A stretch of DNA of 64,000 nt from IMG/VR virus record IMGVR_UViG_3300044957_000346, positions 10,429-74,428 of that record. The stretch is one strand, 5' to 3'. The notes beneath the pieces are model-generated. The model ran no database searches and had not been told where the DNA came from. It saw only the letters and a program-made list of their open reading frames with translations. Positions 1-9,590 of this stretch are shown in pieces; the stretch's first letter is position 1; every line of letters begins with the position of its first letter. The position numbers were made by a program, and so were the translations under genes. This DNA comes from a virus.

Positions 1-30
1 GTATTTTTTAAAAAATTATAACGATATAAG

Positions 31-1050
31 ATGAAAGTTATTGCTGACCTTAAATTTCCAAAAAGCATCTGTGTGCAGACAGGAAGTTTAGACCCAAATA
101 GAGAAAGAATAATACCTGCACAAATTGTTGTTATTAAAAATAACATTGAGTTTTTACCATACATTGATCCATTAGAAATATATTTAAATCAACATAATTC
201 TTCAATCGGTAAAACTTGGGATTTACATAATGACAATTTTGCTAAAAAAATAGCAAATTATGAATATGAAAATATAGTTGAGATAGGCGGTGGATCTGGA
301 AACATATATAAAAAATATAAATTGATTAATAAAAATATTAATTGGACTTTAATTGATTTAAACCCAACAATTGTTGATGAAAATGTTAAAGTTATAAAAG
401 ATAAATATAATATAAATTACATTAACAAGAATGACACTGTTATTAGTTCACATTTTGTAGAACATATTAATGATATTGAAAATTACTTTGTAGAGTTACG
501 ATCAAAGAATCCAAAATATCACATTTTTTCAATTCCTAATTTCAAAAAGTATGCTGAGTCAAAATTTTGTTCAACGTTAATGTTTGAACATCCTCATTTT
601 TTGACCGAAGAAAGAATTGAATATATTCTACAAAAGACACAGTGGAGAATATTAGAAAAAAATTATTACCGAGATCATTCTATTTTTTTTGTTACCGAAC
701 CAAGCAATCATTCTGTTGACATTGAAGATTTCAATATAGACCAATCACAATTAATTATAGATTGGATTGATTATATAAAACGCAGAAGTGAAGATGTTAA
801 GCGTATAGAAAAATTTTATGTGTTTGGAGCACACTTTCCATATTATTATTTTTTAAATTTCGGAGTTAAAGAAGAACAAATTATTGCAGTTGTAGATAAT
901 GATAAATTAAAATGTGGTCGGAGAATGTATGGAACAAACACAAAAGTTATTCATTCATCTGACTTATCTGTAAATTCAGATATTGTAGTTGAAATGGGCC
1001 CTTACACACACGAAATAAAAGATAATTTATTAGGAATGAACTTTATATGA
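31..1050 (+). CDS. SAM-dependent methyltransferase (sugar C-methyltransferase-like)
   Basis: VEIGGGSG motif I, SSHFVEHI, FEHPHF, C-terminal VFGA...VVDND region. Confidence 0.6.
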   Translation: MKVIADLKFPKSICVQTGSLDPNRERIIPAQIVVIKNNIEFLPYIDPLEIYLNQHNSSIGKTWDLHNDNFAKKIANYEYENIVEIGGGSGNIYKKYKLINKNINWTLIDLNPTIVDENVKVIKDKYNINYINKNDTVISSHFVEHINDIENYFVELRSKNPKYHIFSIPNFKKYAESKFCSTLMFEHPHFLTEERIEYILQKTQWRILEKNYYRDHSIFFVTEPSNHSVDIEDFNIDQSQLIIDWIDYIKRRSEDVKRIEKFYVFGAHFPYYYFLNFGVKEEQIIAVVDNDKLKCGRRMYGTNTKVIHSSDLSVNSDIVVEMGPYTHEIKDNLLGMNFI

Positions 1051-1484
1051 AATTAATCGCTCACCGAGGTAATGTACACGGTCCTAATATCAATAGAGAA
1101 AATCAGCCTGATTATATTAAAGATGCTTTAACAGATGGTTACGATGTTGAAATTGATGTCTGGTTCTTAGAAAATAAATGGTATTTAGGTCACGATGGAC
1201 CACAATACAAAGTTAAATATGATTTTTTAACACTGGATGGATTGTGGTTACATGCAAAGAACGGAGATGCATTTTATCATCTATTACAAGATTGTTATTG
1301 CAATGTATTTTGGCACACTGATGAAGATTGGGTTTTAACAAGTAAAAATGATATATGGACATATCCAAATAAATTTTTATATCCAAATAGTATTTGTGTT
1401 TTACCAGAATTGGGATATAATGGTGATATAAAGAACTGCAAAGGTATTTGTAGTGATTTTATATCTAGATATGAAAAAAATTAG
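1047..1484 (+). CDS. Glycerophosphodiester phosphodiesterase-like small protein
   Basis: IAHRGN...EN...GYDVEIDV...LGHD motifs. Confidence 0.65.
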   Translation: MKLIAHRGNVHGPNINRENQPDYIKDALTDGYDVEIDVWFLENKWYLGHDGPQYKVKYDFLTLDGLWLHAKNGDAFYHLLQDCYCNVFWHTDEDWVLTSKNDIWTYPNKFLYPNSICVLPELGYNGDIKNCKGICSDFISRYEKN

Positions 1485-1887
1485 TGAATTGTTAACTATA
1501 CCAATTGACGGTGCAAAAATTTCTCTGTATGCAAAACATCCATCTTATAATGTAATTGCGGATAAATATCAAAGGGTGGTAATCGGTCAACGAGGTCCAT
1601 ACATAGAATTTACAAAAAATCAAATTGTGGATACACAATTATATATTCCAAAGGGACAATTATATAGATTGAGTGATCCAAAAGTATACTACATTGAATT
1701 CAGAACAATTGAAAATGATGTAAAGGTTTATTATCAAATGAGAAGCGTAGCATATGCTGATTATTTAATTAATCATTTTTATATAAGTCCATATGATTTA
1801 TACAAAGATGATGGTGAATGTTGTATATTGTCGCCGGTTGATGCAACAAAACATTCAGAAGAATTCTTTGACTTTGCGGTAAAATAA
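1471..1887 (+). CDS. Hypothetical protein
   Basis: ORF in operon; ATG at 1471 overlaps upstream gene end. Confidence 0.55.
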   Translation: MKKISELLTIPIDGAKISLYAKHPSYNVIADKYQRVVIGQRGPYIEFTKNQIVDTQLYIPKGQLYRLSDPKVYYIEFRTIENDVKVYYQMRSVAYADYLINHFYISPYDLYKDDGECCILSPVDATKHSEEFFDFAVK

Positions 1888-1925
1888 CTTGAATGCGGGA
1901 ACAGAATAGAGTAAACTAATAGAGT

Positions 1926-2663
1926 ATGAAAAAACAAACATTAAATTCATTTATTGACAAATATTCACTCAACGGAACCATTGAAAGTGTAAAATGGGTA
2001 GTTGACAACAACGATAAACAAATCAAGACATCATCAATTAGTGATGACAAAAATGTTTTGAGCTTCGTAGTAATCAAAGATACCGCCGGTCTTGAAAATG
2101 CTGAGTTGGGTGTTAATGATACTACCAAGCTTAAGAAGCTATTGAATGTTCTTGGCGATGAAGTAAACATCACATTTAATAAACGAGATGACAAGGTTGT
2201 ATCGTTGTCTCTGAGTACGGAAAGCACCGATGTACAGTATGTTACTGCGGATTTGAGTGTCATTCCAAATGTACCAGCTTTAAAGAAACTTCCACCATTT
2301 AACTTAGAAATTCCTCTAACTAAAGAATTTGTAAGTACATTTGTAAAAGCCAAGGGTGCTTTGAGTGATGTTGACACTCTTACATTCCTTAAAGATAAGA
2401 AAGACAAGATCAAGTTGGTTATCGGATATAGTAGCGTCAATAGTAATCGTATCAATATTGATGTAAAACCATCGGAAGGCAAAGATACCTTGGGTAAGAC
2501 ACTACATTTTAGTGCTAAATATCTAAAAGAGATTCTTACCAGTAACAGTGATTGTGAAAATGCTGTACTTAAGGTTAGTGATGCTGGATTGGCACATGTA
2601 GAGTTCAATAACGATACATTCAACAGCAATTATTATCTAGTTGAAATTAAGAACATTGATTAA
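1926..2663 (+). CDS. gp45: DNA polymerase sliding clamp (T4 gp45-like)
   Basis: 245 aa beta-rich clamp-sized protein ending YYLVEI, directly upstream of the clamp loader. Confidence 0.8.
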   Translation: MKKQTLNSFIDKYSLNGTIESVKWVVDNNDKQIKTSSISDDKNVLSFVVIKDTAGLENAELGVNDTTKLKKLLNVLGDEVNITFNKRDDKVVSLSLSTESTDVQYVTADLSVIPNVPALKKLPPFNLEIPLTKEFVSTFVKAKGALSDVDTLTFLKDKKDKIKLVIGYSSVNSNRINIDVKPSEGKDTLGKTLHFSAKYLKEILTSNSDCENAVLKVSDAGLAHVEFNNDTFNSNYYLVEIKNID

Positions 2664-2669
2664 TCATAT

Positions 2670-2942
2670 ATGAGTTTCTTTAGCGAAGAAAGTTCCTCTT
2701 CCGTCAAAAATCATTCTTTGTGGTCGGAAAAATATCGTCCGGATGTATTGGATGGTTATATCTGTGATAGCAATCTAAAAAGCATTATTACAGATTTTAT
2801 CAATCGTAAAGACATTCCGCATATATTGTTACATGGTAATGCTGGTACTGGAAAATGTTTAGATTATGATGAATTTATAGATGTAGAAATGGAAGTAACA
2901 AACGATGAATATGAAATTTTAAAAAAATATGAAATAAATTGA
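2670..2942 (+). CDS. gp44: Clamp loader gp44/RFC piece 1: 62-aa extein (LWSEKYRP...GNAGTGK) + 28-aa split-intein N-part
   Basis: RFC box WxEKYRP, Walker A ending GK, then intein block A CLDYDEFIDV and TGA at 2940-2942. Confidence 0.9.
   Translation: MSFFSEESSSSVKNHSLWSEKYRPDVLDGYICDSNLKSIITDFINRKDIPHILLHGNAGTGKCLDYDEFIDVEMEVTNDEYEILKKYEIN
2856..2939 (+). mobile_element. Atypically short split-intein N-fragment (IntN1, 28 aa)
   Basis: Begins with Cys right after Walker A Lys; acidic; followed by a stop. Confidence 0.85.
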
Positions 2943-2957
2943 AATCGTGATACTGTG

Positions 2958-3003
2958 TATAGTTATGCAGGATTTGGACTTTTCCGATACCGGCATAACT
3001 ATA
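2958..3003 (+). promoter_or_regulatory. RNA hairpin just upstream of the endonuclease start
   Basis: TATAGTTATGC (2958-2968) is the exact reverse complement of GCATAACTATA (2993-3003); extra inner pairing; ends 4 nt before ATG 3008. Confidence 0.7.
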
Positions 3004-3007
3004 AATT

Positions 3008-3977
3008 ATGAAAATAATATATAAACAATATAAAATTTTATCGGATGTTAAAAATTATAAAGAATTAGAAAATTTTATTATATCAAATCATTTGTTGAAA
3101 AATTTCAAATCGTTCGATGTAAAATTTATTAATATTATTAATGTGGAAATTAACAAGACCGATAAAGTCTCTTTTAAAATATTTAAAAACAATTTTATTA
3201 AAAAATGGGTTAATTGTGGTACTTTTTTAAAAACTGAATATTGGACTCAGAGAGGTTGGACAATGGATGAAGCCATTGAAAATATTAAAAAATCCAATCT
3301 AATTATTCAAAAAAATCAAATTTAAAAAATAAACCGTGAGCACTTAATACTAGAATTGAATTTTGGTTAAAAAAAGGATATTCACAATCGGAAGCGGTTG
3401 AAAAATTGAGAGAAAGACAGTCGTGTTTTTCCAGAAATAAATTAATAAAGAAGTATGGCGAAGAAATTGGAAACAGAATAGTTGATGAACGAAATAAAAA
3501 ATGGGTTGATTCTTTGAAAAAGAATAATGATTGGGATGCATTATCAATTAAAAAAGGAAATAATGGTTTGAATAAATATAAAAGTCTAAATGATATGATC
3601 TCAGTATATGGAGAATTGGAAGGTAGAATAATATTTTCGTTAAGATATTGGGGGAAAAAAATTTCAACCGTCGAAGAATTTAATGAAATAGACTTATTTA
3701 AAAAAAGAGAACGAACATCATTATTTTACAATAAAAATTACAGATTTAAAATATTATCCAAACAAAATTTCAGTTGTGGGGAATGTGGGGAATGTGGGAT
3801 TTCAAATAAAGAACGTTTATTTCATCTACATCATATAGATTTCGATAAAAAAATGATAAAATTGACAACTTGATCTTTTTATGTCATAATTGTCATGCAA
3901 AAACTACAAATGCGAAGTTAGAAAAAAGAAAATGCTTAATAGAAAAGTTTAAAAAATTGAATGAAAAATACACTTAA
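3008..3977 (+). pseudogene. Free-standing HNH homing endonuclease, frameshifted
   Basis: Pieces join to CGEC...HLHHIDFDKK/NDKIDNLIFLCHNCHAK; repeated EYW/EFW..GxxxxEA motifs; frameshifts in A-runs; stop 3975-3977 overlaps the next ORF. Confidence 0.75.
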
Positions 3978-4830
3978 AAAGTTTCGTATTCCAATTGGGG
4001 AACTGTTCACATTTTTCAATTTAAATGGAAATGATTATGACATTCCAAAGAAAATTTCCAGATTATTAAAAATAAAAACAGCTGACGGAAAATATACCGA
4101 CATATTATATTTAATCAAAAAGTTTGGTAAAATTTATAATTATAAATTGGAAAATGGTATTGAAATAACTTGTGATGAAAACCATTTAGTTAAATCAAAC
4201 GGAAAATTTACTTTTATAAAAGACTGTACTTTGGTCGATACTATAAATGGGTCGTATAAAATTATAAATTCAACCTATCTAAAAGATGGTGATGTATATG
4301 ATATGTCATTAAACGATCCTCATGAATATATTACTTCATCTGGAATTATTTGTCATAATACAACCTTAGCTAAGATTATTGTAAAAAATATTCCATGTGA
4401 TTGTGTTTATATTAATGCTAGTGATACTAATGGTATTGAGATGGTAAGAACTAAGATTAAGGGATTTGCTGGATCCGCAGGTTTCCAACCATTAAAAGTG
4501 ATTATATTAGATGAATGTTTGGATGAAAATACTTTTGTTTATGTATTGAGAAAAGGTATTGAAACCAAAGTAAAAATAAAAGATGTCAATGAGAATGAAG
4601 ATTTGATAAAATCTTTCAATATTAAACAATCTAAAATAGAATGGAGAACATTTTATTTGTGGGACAAAGGTGAACAAGAATGTGTGAGAATTGAATTGGA
4701 AAACGGAGAATCCGTAATTTGTACATTAGATCATAAATGGTATGTTTTAAACGATAAAAACGAACCAATAAAAGTAAAAACAAAAGAATTAGTAGAAGGT
4801 AAATATGATTGCATTTTGTCTCCAGAATAA
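3961..4830 (+). CDS. gp44: Clamp loader piece 2: IntC1 (133 aa) + 52-aa extein (TTLAK...KVIILDE) + IntN2 (104 aa)
   Basis: ITCDENH block B, VYDMSL...IICHN|TT; INASD RFC motif; Walker B IILDE|CLDENT block A; CTLDHKW block B; stop. Confidence 0.9.
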   Translation: MKNTLKKFRIPIGELFTFFNLNGNDYDIPKKISRLLKIKTADGKYTDILYLIKKFGKIYNYKLENGIEITCDENHLVKSNGKFTFIKDCTLVDTINGSYKIINSTYLKDGDVYDMSLNDPHEYITSSGIICHNTTLAKIIVKNIPCDCVYINASDTNGIEMVRTKIKGFAGSAGFQPLKVIILDECLDENTFVYVLRKGIETKVKIKDVNENEDLIKSFNIKQSKIEWRTFYLWDKGEQECVRIELENGESVICTLDHKWYVLNDKNEPIKVKTKELVEGKYDCILSPE

Positions 4831-4895
4831 AATTATTTGTCTCTTGACTCACAAATTTCATATATGTTATATAATAAAAAAGTAATTTAATTTAT

Positions 4896-5480
4896 ATGAA
4901 ATTGAACGATATAATGATTTTTGATATAAAAAGTGAAACGCCAATAATATTTGATTTAGGTGGACATAAGGGAGATTGGGTTCAGATAGCTTTAACTAAG
5001 TATCCGAAATCGATCATTTATGTATTTGAACCCATAAAACTATATTATGATTTAATTTGTGATCGATTTAAATCTATAAATAATGTTAAAGTTTTTAACT
5101 TTGCTATTTCGGACAAAACATATGAAACTGAGATTTCTATAGAAGGAGATCGATCATCTATTCATTTTGATTCAAAAACAATAGAGAAAGAGTGTATTAA
5201 AGTAAAGAATATCAGAGAATTTTTATTTGAAGAACAAATATTTTTTGTGGATTTAATAAAAATTAACATAGAGGGTGAAGAGTATAATTTATTAGAATAC
5301 TTGATGAACACCCCTGAATTATGCGTTTTTCAAAACTATGTAGTTCAGTTTCATAGAAACATTGAAAATCATATTTCTAGACGAAATTTTATATTAAACA
5401 ACATTAAAAAATTCTACGATATAATATTTTCTGTAGATTTTGTTTGGGAAGGTTGGTCTATTAAAAAAATTAAAAAATAA
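4896..5480 (+). CDS. FkbM-family methyltransferase lying inside the fractured clamp-loader locus
   Basis: FDLGGHKG, YVFEP, FNFAISD, DLIKINIEGEEY motifs. Confidence 0.85.
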   Translation: MKLNDIMIFDIKSETPIIFDLGGHKGDWVQIALTKYPKSIIYVFEPIKLYYDLICDRFKSINNVKVFNFAISDKTYETEISIEGDRSSIHFDSKTIEKECIKVKNIREFLFEEQIFFVDLIKINIEGEEYNLLEYLMNTPELCVFQNYVVQFHRNIENHISRRNFILNNIKKFYDIIFSVDFVWEGWSIKKIKK

Positions 5481-6509
5481 ATGCTAAGTCAACTAGAGAA
5501 AAATTAAAAAATGCAGCAATAAATCAAGGATTGGGAAAATATAAAATATATGAACGAGAAAATTATTGTGATACGGAAATTAAAAGTTTAGTAGAAAAGT
5601 ATAAAAATTTGCCAAAATATACCGATATTTTTAATTCAACTATAACATATAAATCGGAACATATTTGGAGAAACTCTATAATAAGAAAAATGGATATTTC
5701 TTCGTGTAATTTATTTTTCTATCTTTTAGAAGATAATATTCCCGATTGTAAGTATTGTAATATTAAATTATCAATTGATTCATATTCATATGGTGGGAAG
5801 GGTTTTTCATTTAAAGGATTTAAAAAATATTGTCTAATTTGTACAAATAATCAAAACTATAAAAGATATAAACATTCTAAAGAATCAGTTTTAAAATTTA
5901 AAATTTCAAAATTAAAATGGACAAATTCAAAATCAGGAAAGTTATTTTATAAAAAACTCGGAAAACAAAATAGTATAGGTTTAAAAAAAATATTTTCAAA
6001 CAGATCAGGGGCGTAATCAAATTGAAAAAACATCATTAAAACAATCAAAAATTTTAAAAGAAAAAATATTAAAGGGAGAATTTCATCCAAATATAACAAA
6101 CAGTTGGACAAATTGGAATGCTATAATTACATTAGAAAATAAAATATATAAGTTTAGAAGTTCATGGGAAGCTTCATTTTTTGTTAGTAACACTCATTGT
6201 AAATATGAGTATATTAGGATACCATATATTGATAAACATGACAAAACTAAAACTTATATTGCGGATTTTTATGATGAAAAAAACAAAATTTTATATGAAC
6301 TAAAACCTAGATCCGTATTTAAAAAAGAAGTAGTAAAAATAAATCAAGTTATAGAATATTGCATAAAAAATGAAATAAAATTTATATGGTTGAATGAAAA
6401 CAACATTCTAAATCATATTGACAAAAAAGATTTCTCGGATGATAATCTAAATCAATACAATAAAATGTTAGAGGGTATTTATGGTAAAAATAAAAATAAA
6501 ATCAATTAA
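5474..6509 (+). pseudogene. Free-standing PD-(D/E)xK (TnsA-N-like) endonuclease with CxxC pairs, frameshifted
   Basis: CKYC/CLIC in 5531-6016; after a shift in the A8 run near 5983-5990 reads FRSSWEA...YIADFYD...LYELKP; stop 6507-6509 overlaps the IntC2 start. Confidence 0.7.
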
Positions 6510-7215
6510 AAAATTGGAAGAAAAAATGCATGTATATGATTTATCAGTGGATGGAAATCATAACTTTTTCATAGGAAACAAACCAACTTTAACATCAAAT
6601 TGTGATTTTTTAACGACTGAAGCTCAGGCATCTCTTCGTAATTTGATGGAAACATATAGTCAAACTACGAGGTTTATTTTGACTTGTAATTATGTTGAGA
6701 AGATCATCAAGCCTCTTATTAGTCGTTGTCAAGTGTTTGATATTGAACCGCCTACTCCAAAGAATGTAGCGATTCATATCAAGAATATCTTGGATAAAGA
6801 GAATATTAAGTACGAATTGCCATCTCTTAAGAACGTATTGGATGATTTTTATCCAGATGTACGGAAGATTATCAACTTCGTACAACAGAATAGCACTAGT
6901 GGTACATTGAAGATTGTCAAAAATCAAAATGCAAGTTTTGATCTTAAAAACAAAATTATTGAACTTCTGAAGGGTTCAAAAACAAACTCAAGTGCGTTTA
7001 ATGATATTCGACAACTTGTAAATGACGCGGGTGCAAAAGTATATGACGAACTGTATAGTGAATTGTATGTCAGAACAAAAGAATATGCTCCTAATAAAGA
7101 AACTTCAGTAATTATTGATATAGCAGAACATACTTATCAAAGTAGCATGGTTGTGGATAAAGAAATTACGTTCATGGCTTGTATTGCTAAATTGATAAAA
7201 ACAATCGGTAAATGA
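6481..7215 (+). CDS. gp44: Clamp loader piece 3: IntC2 (40 aa) + 204-aa extein
   Basis: MVKIKIKSIKK...VYDLSVDGNHNFF...TSN|CDFLTTEAQASLR, FILTCNY, LISRC; GAGGGT SD upstream. Confidence 0.9.
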   Translation: MVKIKIKSIKKLEEKMHVYDLSVDGNHNFFIGNKPTLTSNCDFLTTEAQASLRNLMETYSQTTRFILTCNYVEKIIKPLISRCQVFDIEPPTPKNVAIHIKNILDKENIKYELPSLKNVLDDFYPDVRKIINFVQQNSTSGTLKIVKNQNASFDLKNKIIELLKGSKTNSSAFNDIRQLVNDAGAKVYDELYSELYVRTKEYAPNKETSVIIDIAEHTYQSSMVVDKEITFMACIAKLIKTIGK

Positions 7216-8312
7216 TAAAGAAACTGGCAAGAATAGTTAATAGTAAACCAGTCATTCTTTCATCTGTCGAAATAAACGACATAGGTAATATTAAATATAT
7301 TGGTCAAAGCGGCACTAGCGGTTATGCTAGTGCCGCTAAAGGATATTTAGCAGACTATGTATTACGTAATGTATCTGTTAGTTGGGTACCTTTAATATTT
7401 GACAATAGTAACAATGACAAAAAGTATTATGTAGATGCTTTGGCTGAGAGCACGATAGGTATATCATACGATAGTTACGATACTTTAATATTACACAGTA
7501 CGCCGGATATTTGGAACGATTTACTGTTGACGCACAGAGATAGAACTAAAAATATAGTAGGATATTGTACTTGGGAAACAAACAAACTTCCTCCAAAGTG
7601 GATAAATTCTATTAATCTTGTATCGGAGGTGTGGGTACCATCTGTCTTTAATAAAGAATGTTTTATAAATTCAGGAGTAAAATCTGATATAAAAGTTGTA
7701 CCTCATATATGGCATCCTCAAAAGTTAATAGACAAAGATAACATAACCATATATGATCATGTTAGAAATGTGGTATCAAAGAGTAAATATACATTTTATA
7801 GTATTGGAGAATTAAATTTCAGAAAAGGTATAGAGGATTTGGTAAAAACATTTGATAAATTTAACGATGATTATCCAGATACTCAACTAATATTAAAAGT
7901 TCATTATAAAGAGTACTCTCAAGTTAATAAAAAATATTGTATAGATATTCTAAGTAAATTAACAAACAAACTAGGCAAATCAATTTATCTTATACTAGAT
8001 AATATAAGTAATAAACAAATTTTAGCTTTACATAGTTTTGGTGATTGTTATGTTAGTCTAAACAAAGGTGAGGGATTTGGTTTAACTATATTTGACGCGT
8101 TTAATTATGGTAATAAAGTTATTACTACAGGTTATGGTGGTCAAGTAGATTATCTCGGTTTAGATTATGAGGGATTAGTAAAATATAAAATAGATAAAGT
8201 AAGTGGTATGGAGTCGTTTAGCACTAATTATTCTATAGATCAAGAATGGGCATATCCAAATCTAGATAGTGCTTATGAATTAATGAAAAAATGTTATGAA
8301 GCTAAATTTTAA
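7212..8312 (+). CDS. GT4-like glycosyltransferase
   Basis: SGYA, WET, VPS, RKG, GEGFGL..DA motifs. Confidence 0.85.
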   Translation: MIKKLARIVNSKPVILSSVEINDIGNIKYIGQSGTSGYASAAKGYLADYVLRNVSVSWVPLIFDNSNNDKKYYVDALAESTIGISYDSYDTLILHSTPDIWNDLLLTHRDRTKNIVGYCTWETNKLPPKWINSINLVSEVWVPSVFNKECFINSGVKSDIKVVPHIWHPQKLIDKDNITIYDHVRNVVSKSKYTFYSIGELNFRKGIEDLVKTFDKFNDDYPDTQLILKVHYKEYSQVNKKYCIDILSKLTNKLGKSIYLILDNISNKQILALHSFGDCYVSLNKGEGFGLTIFDAFNYGNKVITTGYGGQVDYLGLDYEGLVKYKIDKVSGMESFSTNYSIDQEWAYPNLDSAYELMKKCYEAKF

Positions 8313-8658
8313 ACAGTTAGATAAAACCAAAAAACAAATACAATTTGTTGAAGGTATATACAACTTTGAGGAAAACAAAAATTCAAAGTGGATATGGACA
8401 TCGGCAAAGTTTTCAGGCTATGCTAAAAATATAGAATACATCACATTAACAGTTGTTAGTGAAATGGAAAATGTTTTGACATGCGATGAAGAATCTGTGG
8501 ATTTAAAACCCGCGTGTCTAAATATAGTTAAAATTAAAGTTAATGATGGTGGATTGTTTAGTCTAAAATTGAATAATTCATATTTTGCCGTTGGAGATAA
8601 TCGTGAATTGGGTGTAAAGATAATTGGCATATCAGTTGACAATGATGTAATTTTTTAA
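8296..8658 (+). CDS. Hypothetical protein
   Basis: Overlapping operon ORF with W.WT and D.R.LG motifs. Confidence 0.55.
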   Translation: MKLNFKQLDKTKKQIQFVEGIYNFEENKNSKWIWTSAKFSGYAKNIEYITLTVVSEMENVLTCDEESVDLKPACLNIVKIKVNDGGLFSLKLNNSYFAVGDNRELGVKIIGISVDNDVIF

Positions 8659-8662
8659 ATGT

Positions 8663-9586
8663 ATGAATAAAACTGATAAAATTTATATTGCGGGCCATAA
8701 TGGACTAGTTGGATCTTCTATTGTGAGATTATTGAAAAAATTGGGATACAATAATCTATTAACCGCAGACTTTAGTGATCTTGATTTAAGGAATCAATTG
8801 CAAGTTAACAATTGGTTTGTTAAAAACAAACCTGATTATGTATTTCTTGCTGCTGCTAAAGTTGGAGGTATATCTTATAATAAAACATATCCAGCAGATT
8901 TTATATATGATAACTTAATGATTCAAACCAATGTTATACATGCGAGTTATCTAAATAATGTAAAGAAGTTATTGTTTCTTGGTAGCAGTTGTATTTATCC
9001 AAAAGAAAATCCATTACCTATCAATGAAAATAGATTATTAACCGGACCATTAGAACCAACTAATGAATCGTATGCATTGGCAAAAATAACAGGGTTGAAG
9101 ATGACGCAATATTATAGGGACCAATATGGATGTAATTTTATATCTGTTATGCCTTGCAATTTATATGGTCCAAATGATTGTTTTGATGTGAATAAATGTC
9201 ATGTCATACCCGCGTTAATTACAAAGTTTCATAATGCCAAGATCAATAAATTGAATGATATTGTAATGTGGGGTACTGGTGCTGCAAAACGAGAATTTTT
9301 GTATGTAGACGATTTGGCAGAAGCTTTGTATTTTTTAATGAAAAACTATAATGACCGTAATCATATTAATGTCGGATCTGGATACGAAGTAGGAATGAAA
9401 GAATTGTTTACTATGATATCTGAATTGGTTGGATACACCGGTGAGTTAGTATTTGATACATCTAAACCAGACGGAACTATATCCAAGATGATTGATAATA
9501 CCAAAATCAAAGATTTAGGGTGGTCGCCAAAAATTCAATTGAACGATGGATTGAGAGAAACTTACGATTGGTATATAAATAATTAA
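8663..9586 (+). CDS. fcl: GDP-L-fucose synthase (WcaG/ColC-type epimerase-reductase)
   Basis: AGHNGLVGS, AAAKVGGI, LGSSCIYP, YALAK, PCNLYGP. Confidence 0.93.
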   Translation: MNKTDKIYIAGHNGLVGSSIVRLLKKLGYNNLLTADFSDLDLRNQLQVNNWFVKNKPDYVFLAAAKVGGISYNKTYPADFIYDNLMIQTNVIHASYLNNVKKLLFLGSSCIYPKENPLPINENRLLTGPLEPTNESYALAKITGLKMTQYYRDQYGCNFISVMPCNLYGPNDCFDVNKCHVIPALITKFHNAKINKLNDIVMWGTGAAKREFLYVDDLAEALYFLMKNYNDRNHINVGSGYEVGMKELFTMISELVGYTGELVFDTSKPDGTISKMIDNTKIKDLGWSPKIQLNDGLRETYDWYINN

Positions 9587-9590
9587 ATTT

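Noticed and set aside
1916-2629. 237-aa antisense ORF
   Set aside because: Mirror frame of the sliding clamp gene.
2943-6480. Group I/II introns as the explanation for the interrupted clamp loader
   Set aside because: The junctions carry intein blocks (Cys1, TxxH-like, HN/SN followed by Thr/Cys) and I could see no intron core structure.
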